Assembly (NCBI GenBank): GCA_900758845.1
Contig: CAAESW010000068.1
Span: forward strand, 7,647 to 71,646
Length of the DNA stretch: 64,000 bases
Source of the DNA: an uncultured Collinsella sp.
GTDB lineage: Bacteria > Actinomycetota > Coriobacteriia > Coriobacteriales > Coriobacteriaceae
Direction of reading: 5' to 3'
Shown: positions 58,686 through 64,000 of the stretch, one piece after another
Layout: each line of letters begins with the position of its first letter
Position numbering within the stretch: the first letter of the stretch is position 1
Notes under the pieces: generated by a model
What the model was told of the DNA's origin: nothing
Seen by the model: the letters and a program-made list of their open reading frames with translations, nothing else
The model's database searches: none
Translations under genes and position numbers: made by a program

Positions 58686-59726
58686 CTACCTCACCCGCTT
58701 CTTCAACATGAGTGCGATAACCACCGGCGCGCCGAAGATGGCGGTGACGGCGCTGATGGAAAGCTCGACGGGGGAGAACAGCGTGCGCGCGATCAAATCG
58801 CAGCCCGCGCAGAAGATGGCGCCTCCCAAGAAGCACGCAGGAATCACGCGGATGGGCTTCGACGACTTCAGCGCCGACTTAACGAGATGCGGAACCGCGA
58901 TGCCTACGAACGACACCGGACCAGCGAACGCGGTCACGCAGGCGGAGAGCATGCTCGCTAGAAGGACGAGCACCACGCGGAAGCGTGCGACGTTCACGCC
59001 GACGCTTTTTGCGTAGGCTTCTCCCAGCTGGAAGGCGGAAAGGGGCTTCGATATCGCGAATACGCATGCGCTCACGGTGATCACCACGACCGCGATGACC
59101 GCGACGTCGTCCCAGCTCGAACCCGAGAAGCTACCCAAAGACCAGTTGTGCAGGTTCACGATGGACTGGTCGTCGGCGAAGGCGATGAGGAAGTTCGTCG
59201 CCGCCGAGCAGATGTATCCCACCATGACGCCCGCCACGATGAGCATGGCCGTGGAACTTATGCGCCGTGCGATGAGGAGCACGAAGCCGATGGTGATAAG
59301 CGAGCCCAGAAACGCTGCGACCACCATGGCCGGCGAGGACATGGCCTGGTTCGCGCCCAGAAGTACGATCATCGTAAGCGCGACGACGAACTTTGCGCCC
59401 GAGGAGACGCCCAAGATGAACGGGTCGGCGATGGGGTTGTTGAAAAACGTCTGCAGCAGGAACCCGGAGAGCGAAAGCGCCCCGCCGAGAAGCACGGCTG
59501 AAAGCACACGCGGCAGGCGAATCTCCCAGATGACTTGGCTTTCCATGGAATTGGCCGCGCCGCCCGAAAGGATGCCGGGGATGTGGTCTGCGGGCACGAG
59601 CACGCTCCCGATGCACAGGTTGGCCCCGACGAGCACGATGAGGACAACAGCGAGCAGCGCCGTCACGACGCGACACCGCGCGGCGCGCCCCGATTCGTCG
59701 TATGTCATGGAAAGCCGGCTTCTCAT
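58686..59726 (-). CDS. FecCD/BtuC-family ABC permease
   Basis: IRLPR, NPIADPFILGVSSGA, LGEAYAKSVG, FVGIAVPH. Start uncertain (59738, 59726 or 59708). Confidence 0.93.
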   Translation of the reverse strand: MRSRLSMTYDESGRAARCRVVTALLAVVLIVLVGANLCIGSVLVPADHIPGILSGGAANSMESQVIWEIRLPRVLSAVLLGGALSLSGFLLQTFFNNPIADPFILGVSSGAKFVVALTMIVLLGANQAMSSPAMVVAAFLGSLITIGFVLLIARRISSTAMLIVAGVMVGYICSAATNFLIAFADDQSIVNLHNWSLGSFSGSSWDDVAVIAVVVITVSACVFAISKPLSAFQLGEAYAKSVGVNVARFRVVLVLLASMLSACVTAFAGPVSFVGIAVPHLVKSALKSSKPIRVIPACFLGGAIFCAGCDLIARTLFSPVELSISAVTAIFGAPVVIALMLKKRVR

Positions 59727-59730
59727 GACG

Positions 59731-61302
59731 CTAGCCAAGCTTCCTCAGATAATGGAAGTCGCTCGCGTCATCGCCGGTGAACGCCCCGTGCAGCTCGTCG
59801 ATAATGTCGGCGGTAGAAGTCATCTGCTGGTACATGTCGGCGTTTGTGACCCAGACGTTGCCGTTCTTTACAGCTTTGAACTGCGACAATAGCGCGTTTT
59901 TGCCTACGAAGTCTTTCAAGGTGGCAACCGATTCGTCGATGGTGCCGTTGTAGACGATGATGTCGGCATCCTTCGCCGTCGCGTAGAAGCGCTCCATTTC
60001 GAGCGTTACTGACGAACCTGACGTCGACGCCTTCTGCGCGTCATCGAGCGCGTAGCTGCCGCCTGCAAGCTCGATCATCTGCGCCACGTAGTCGCCCGCC
60101 CGTCGCGTGACGGCGGCCCCGTTCGAGTTAATGTAGAAATACGCCACGGTTTTACCTGACGACGCGAGCCTCGACGTTTGCTCGACGCGGGCCTTCTGCT
60201 CGTTGAACAGGTGCGCGGCCTCGTCTTCCTTGTCGAACAGGACGCCGAAAAGCTTAATCCACTCGACGCGCCCGAGTGCTTCGGGCTCGCTCGACGACTG
60301 TTCGGTGAGCACGACGAGCCCGAGCTTCTGCAGCTTTTCCTTCACATCGGGCGTGTGGTTGATCATGGTGTTCTCGATGGCGAGCGTGCAGCCCGAGGCC
60401 GATATTCGCTCGTAGTCGGGCGCGCTGTACTTGCCGCCGTAGGCGATCGCCCCACTTTCGAGCGCGCTTTTGAAGCCCCCGACCGAGCAATCGTCGGCCT
60501 TCGTGCCCGACATGAGGATATTGTCGTTCGCATCGAGCGCGTCGACCAGGCACATCGTCGCCGACGACACGAGGTACACCTTGTCGGCGGGGCGCCTTAT
60601 GACCGTGATGTCGGAGCTCAACCCATCAGGTACCTTTGCATTTTGCGGCACCACGAGGAAGCGCTCCCCGTTCGAAATGCAGATAAGCCGCAGGCCGCCT
60701 TCGTACTCGTCGACAGTGAAGTGCTCGGCGTATTCAAGCTGAAGCGTTCCCGTCGGCTTCCAGCCGCAGCCCAAATCGGCGTTGTGGAAGTCGGCCGCGG
60801 CGTTTGAAGCCGTTCCCGCAGGGGAGCCGCCGCTTGCTTCGTCGCCCGATTTCTCCTTCATGGTGGATGAGTCGAAGTAGAGCGTGTAGTCGATGGTGTG
60901 CGGCGTCGACATGGCGACGGTCTCGGCCGACACGGCGATGTCCTCGTCGAGCGTGACGGGTATCTCGAACGTGGAGTTGCCGCCGTCGTTTACGGGCGCG
61001 TAGTCTACGCCGTCGACGGTCATCTTGTCGTAGTTCGAACTCGACCAGGTGATGGTCGCGGTGTAGGTGTCGCCATCCTTCACAATTGTGGTGGGTGAGG
61101 CGATGCTTGCGCGCCCTGACCCGCCGGCAAGCGAGACGCTCACAGTGTATTCCTGAGAGCCCGCCGTGCCACCGGTCGCGTTCGGGCTCGCACTGCACCC
61201 CGCGAAGGGAAGCGCGAGCAGGGCGACGAGAATGCAGGCGATCACGCGCACCGCGATGCTGCGGCGCTTTCTGCTTTCCCCCTTGGGAAGAATCGACCGC
61301 AT
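59731..61302 (-). CDS. Lipoprotein substrate-binding protein: N-terminal beta-rich (NEAT-like) domain fused to a BtuF/Fe-siderophore-type binding domain
   Basis: Lipobox FAGC; domain YTVSVSLAGGSGRASI...MSTPHTIDYTLYFD; then YSAPDYE and EPEALGRVEWIKLFG. Confidence 0.82.
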   Translation of the reverse strand: MRSILPKGESRKRRSIAVRVIACILVALLALPFAGCSASPNATGGTAGSQEYTVSVSLAGGSGRASIASPTTIVKDGDTYTATITWSSSNYDKMTVDGVDYAPVNDGGNSTFEIPVTLDEDIAVSAETVAMSTPHTIDYTLYFDSSTMKEKSGDEASGGSPAGTASNAAADFHNADLGCGWKPTGTLQLEYAEHFTVDEYEGGLRLICISNGERFLVVPQNAKVPDGLSSDITVIRRPADKVYLVSSATMCLVDALDANDNILMSGTKADDCSVGGFKSALESGAIAYGGKYSAPDYERISASGCTLAIENTMINHTPDVKEKLQKLGLVVLTEQSSSEPEALGRVEWIKLFGVLFDKEDEAAHLFNEQKARVEQTSRLASSGKTVAYFYINSNGAAVTRRAGDYVAQMIELAGGSYALDDAQKASTSGSSVTLEMERFYATAKDADIIVYNGTIDESVATLKDFVGKNALLSQFKAVKNGNVWVTNADMYQQMTSTADIIDELHGAFTGDDASDFHYLRKLG

Positions 61303-61306
61303 GGTG

Positions 61307-61840
61307 TTACTTCAGTGCGTCGGCGCGCAGATCGACGCCGGCGGATTCGAACACGAGCGTGCGGTCGTACCACCGCTCTTTTCTAATACTCCACGCGGCG
61401 CAGGCGGTGTCCTCGTCGAGCGCTTCAACGGGCACGTCGTAGGTGTACTTGCCTTCCGCGTTTTCCACATAGGGGATGAAGTCGGCCTCGCTCGCGGCGG
61501 CAGCCTCGTCGCCCGTGCCCATGAAGAGCTTGCCGTAGCCCGTGCCGGAAAGCGTCATCACGCAGTGCATGGAGCCGTTTTCCACGATGAGCTGGGCGTC
61601 CACAATCCTGAACATGTTCGAGCTGGAATCTACGGTGATCGGATAGGTGCCGTCGGCCACCTTGTCGGCGGTGATGGGGGCAGCGCTTGCGCCCTCGGGC
61701 GCATCGGCCGCCTGTTCGGTCTTTTCCTGGGAATCGGCATCGCTTGCCTTTGCGCTGTCGATTGAATTTCCGCCGCAGCCGGCGAGCGAGAACGCGAAAA
61801 GCGCCGCTGACAGGGCGAAGGCGAGGGTTTTCTTCAACAT
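61307..61840 (-). CDS. Small lipoprotein with a single beta-rich (NEAT-like) domain, function unknown
   Basis: Signal MLKKTLAF...LAGC; domain DGTYPITVDSSSNMFRIV...WYDRTLVF; AAAGGA RBS. Confidence 0.7.
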   Translation of the reverse strand: MLKKTLAFALSAALFAFSLAGCGGNSIDSAKASDADSQEKTEQAADAPEGASAAPITADKVADGTYPITVDSSSNMFRIVDAQLIVENGSMHCVMTLSGTGYGKLFMGTGDEAAAASEADFIPYVENAEGKYTYDVPVEALDEDTACAAWSIRKERWYDRTLVFESAGVDLRADALK

Positions 61841-61903
61841 GGAGGGGGTTCCTTTCAATCGCTTCGACCGCCCGCGCCGTGCGGTGGGCGGGCGGGATGC
61901 GAA

Positions 61904-61950
61904 TGCAACGGGCATGCGCCGTCAGTCGGGGAAGGCGCATGCCCGTTGCA
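61904..61950. other. Intercistronic 17-bp perfect hairpin (mRNA stabiliser or partial terminator)
   Basis: tgcaacgggcatgcgcc / ggcgcatgcccgttgca between cbiK and the lipoprotein gene. Confidence 0.55.
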
Positions 61951-61985
61951 CGGGGACGCGACCGGCGCCCCCGTGCGCGGCGAGT

Positions 61986-62912
61986 TTACAGCTTGGCGAT
62001 GGCGTCGTCCACGTGCGAGACGTAGATGTCGTCGACCGCGACGTTCTGTCCCAGACCCTGGAGCAGGCACGTCACTTCGAAGCCGGCGGCCACGAACTTC
62101 GCAGCCCAGCTGTCGGGGTCGGTCTCGTCTGCCATGTCGTTGTTCGCGTGGTCGCCCGCGACCACCATGAACGGCGCGAGCACGGCCTTCTTGTAGCCTG
62201 CGGCGCTCGCGGCGGCGATAACATCCTCGCAGGTCGGTTCAGCCTCGACGGTGCCGACGAAGAACTGCGTCAAGCCCTCGTTCTTAAACACTTCCTGCAT
62301 CTTGGCATAGTCGGCGTTGGAATCGGCTTCGGTACCGTGGCCCATGAGGCACAGCGCCGTCTTGCCGTCGTCGAAGGACGCCATGTTCTCCTTAATGGCT
62401 GCGGCAACCTTCTTGTAGTCGTCGTCGGAGGTGAGCAGCGGGTCGCCGAGCGAGATCTTGTCGAACTTGTCGGCGTACTTGTCGAGCTCGTCTTTCACGT
62501 CGGTGTATTCCAGGCCTCCCATGAGATGCGTCGGCTGCACGACGATTTCCTTCACGCCGTCTTCCACGCAGCGGTCGAGCGCCTCGGTCATGTTGTCGAT
62601 CGTGATGCCGTCGCGCTTCTTCAGCTTGTCGATGATGATCTGCGCGGTGAAGGCGCGGCGGATGTCGTAGTCCTGCCAGTACTTCTCGCGAATAGCGTCT
62701 TCGATGGCGCCGATGGTGATGTGGCGCGAGTCGTTGTAGCTCGTGCCGAAGCTCGTGACGAGGATGACCGGCTTCACGGCCTTCTCCTTTTCACTCGATT
62801 TCTTGGAACTCGCGGAGGTGTTGGAGCAGCCCGCGAGCGCGACTCCGGCGAGCGCGACGGCTCCGGTTGCTGCGGCGCCCATGAAGCCGCGGCGTGACAT
62901 CTGGTCGGACAT
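61986..62912 (-). CDS. cbiK: CbiK-family sirohydrochlorin cobaltochelatase with Tat/lipoprotein signal peptide
   Basis: SFGTSY, RRAFTAQII, QPTHLM.G.EY, MGHG and AGDHANNDM (both catalytic His); N-terminal SRRGFM and LAGC. Confidence 0.92.
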   Translation of the reverse strand: MSDQMSRRGFMGAAATGAVALAGVALAGCSNTSASSKKSSEKEKAVKPVILVTSFGTSYNDSRHITIGAIEDAIREKYWQDYDIRRAFTAQIIIDKLKKRDGITIDNMTEALDRCVEDGVKEIVVQPTHLMGGLEYTDVKDELDKYADKFDKISLGDPLLTSDDDYKKVAAAIKENMASFDDGKTALCLMGHGTEADSNADYAKMQEVFKNEGLTQFFVGTVEAEPTCEDVIAAASAAGYKKAVLAPFMVVAGDHANNDMADETDPDSWAAKFVAAGFEVTCLLQGLGQNVAVDDIYVSHVDDAIAKL

Positions 62913-63024
62913 GGTTTTTCCTTTCCTCGGTTTGCCGGTCCCCCGGCGACAGTTGCTTGTCGGCACAAGCGAAAGAAAAGCGCACCCCTCGGGGTTCACA
63001 AGGAGCTAACGCCACGGCGATGCC

Positions 63025-63175
63025 GTGAGGAAAAGGCGAAGCAGTCTGGCTTGGGGCGCGAGGCGGTTCGCCCGCGCGTCCTATACAGTAATGTCCCTTG
63101 CCCAGGATTCCCACCTGGTTCCCTCCGCAAGCCAGCGCGGGCTGTGCGGGCGCCGCGCCGGTCATTTCCTTTTAT
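63025..63175 (-). promoter_or_regulatory. Cobalamin-riboswitch-like leader (compact variant)
   Basis: Minus strand reads GGGAA-ccagGTGgGAATcctgg...ACTGTA...AAGCCAGAC, the ordered B12-element motifs, upstream of cbiK. Confidence 0.7.
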
Positions 63176-63369
63176 CCGATTGTCATATGCTCGTTGCCGA
63201 ATCTTTACTATGATAGTGGGCACTTGTGAACGTGTCAAAGCCAGAGCGGGCGGCATTGCGCCTCCTGCCTGCGTATTTGCGCCGATTGCCGCCGCAGGCG
63301 CCTTGTTTTGCCCGCTGCGCGAATGGCGGCGTAAACGGTTGCGATGAGAAACGGGAAGGGAAGGCTCGG

Positions 63370-64000
63370 ATGATTCATATCGTTGGCGCAGGCTCGGGCG
63401 CCGCCGACCTTATCACGCTGCGCGGGGCGCGCCTTCTGCGCGCGGCCGACGTGGTCGTTTGGGCGGGAAGCCTTGTGAACCCCGAGCTGCTCGCTGAGTG
63501 CAAGGAATCCTGCGTCGTCTACGACAGCGCGCACATGACCTTGGAGGAAGTGCTCGACGTGATGTGCGCGGCGGATGTGCGGGGCGAGGAAGTGGTGCGC
63601 CTGCACACGGGCGACCCGTGCCTGTACGGCGCCATCCAGGAGCAGATGGACGCGCTCGACGCGCGCGGCGTGGACTACGAGGTGGTGCCCGGCGTGTCGA
63701 GCTTTTGCGGTGCCGCGGCGGCGCTTCGCCAGGAATACACGCTGCCGGGAATCAGCCAGTCGGTCGTGATCACGCGGCTTTCCGGACGTACCCCCATGCC
63801 CGCGGGCGAGGGCATGCGCACCATGGCGGAAAGTGGCTCGACTATGGTCATCTTCCTGAGCTCGGGTATGCTCGCCGAGCTTTCCGCCGAGCTTTTGGCC
63901 GCGGGCCGCAGCTCCGACGAGCCGGCGGCGCTCGTGTACAAGGCGACCTGGCCTGAGGAGCGCGTGGTGCGATGCACAGTGGGCACGCTCGCCGATGCGG
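63370..64000 (+). CDS. cobM: Precorrin-4/cobalt-precorrin-4 C11-methyltransferase (CobM/CbiF), 3' truncated by window edge
   Basis: Own translation from ATG 63370: MIHIVGAGSGAADLITLRG...AGSLVNP...RLHTGDP.LYGAIQEQ...PGVSSF..AAA...YKATWPEE. Absent from the ORF track because there is no stop codon in the window. Confidence 0.95.
   Translation, partial: MIHIVGAGSGAADLITLRGARLLRAADVVVWAGSLVNPELLAECKESCVVYDSAHMTLEEVLDVMCAADVRGEEVVRLHTGDPCLYGAIQEQMDALDARGVDYEVVPGVSSFCGAAAALRQEYTLPGISQSVVITRLSGRTPMPAGEGMRTMAESGSTMVIFLSSGMLAELSAELLAAGRSSDEPAALVYKATWPEERVVRCTVGTLADA

Noticed and set aside
57513..58961. 482-aa plus-strand ORF (and 416-aa ORF 61647-62897) in the cobalamin region
   Set aside because: Antisense to well-supported ABC and cbiK genes; no motifs.
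63498..63956. 152-aa plus-strand ORF from the track
   Set aside because: Wrong frame; the real gene is cobM/cbiF starting at 63370 and running off the window.

Overview
A high-GC bacterial chromosomal window. Gene content and codon style point to Coriobacteriia, most likely Collinsella-like (an inference). About 57 kb is core genome: plsX-acpP-rnc-smc-ftsY-ffh; thyA-folA; a T-box-controlled ileS followed by lspA and an RluA-family gene; rarA and a DUF948/anti-sigma/SigB-F module; alaS-ruvX-mltG-yqeG-aroK-aroB-like; pepP-efp-asp23-nusB-xseB-tlyA-nadK-recN; an RpiR-controlled fructose-family PTS locus with ptsH, ptsI and two PfkB kinases; cca with two tRNA-Glu genes; and a flippase-like/TetR/radical SAM trio. 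From about 57434 to the end lies an apparently accessory cobalamin region. It begins exactly where a copy of a local palindromic repeat is cut in half. It holds a minus-strand operon under a cobalamin-riboswitch-like leader: a Tat-signal CbiK lipoprotein, a NEAT-like lipoprotein, a NEAT-like/BtuF fusion, a permease and an ATPase. A partial cbiF/cobM lies divergently. The most notable items are this putative surface cobalt/corrinoid capture system, a catalytically degenerate but intact AroB, a DUF134-NifB/X fusion with an internal Shine-Dalgarno and twin palindromic operators, a kinase-dead anti-sigma module, and several families of intergenic REP/MITE-like palindromes. All product calls come from motif recognition; no database searches were run.
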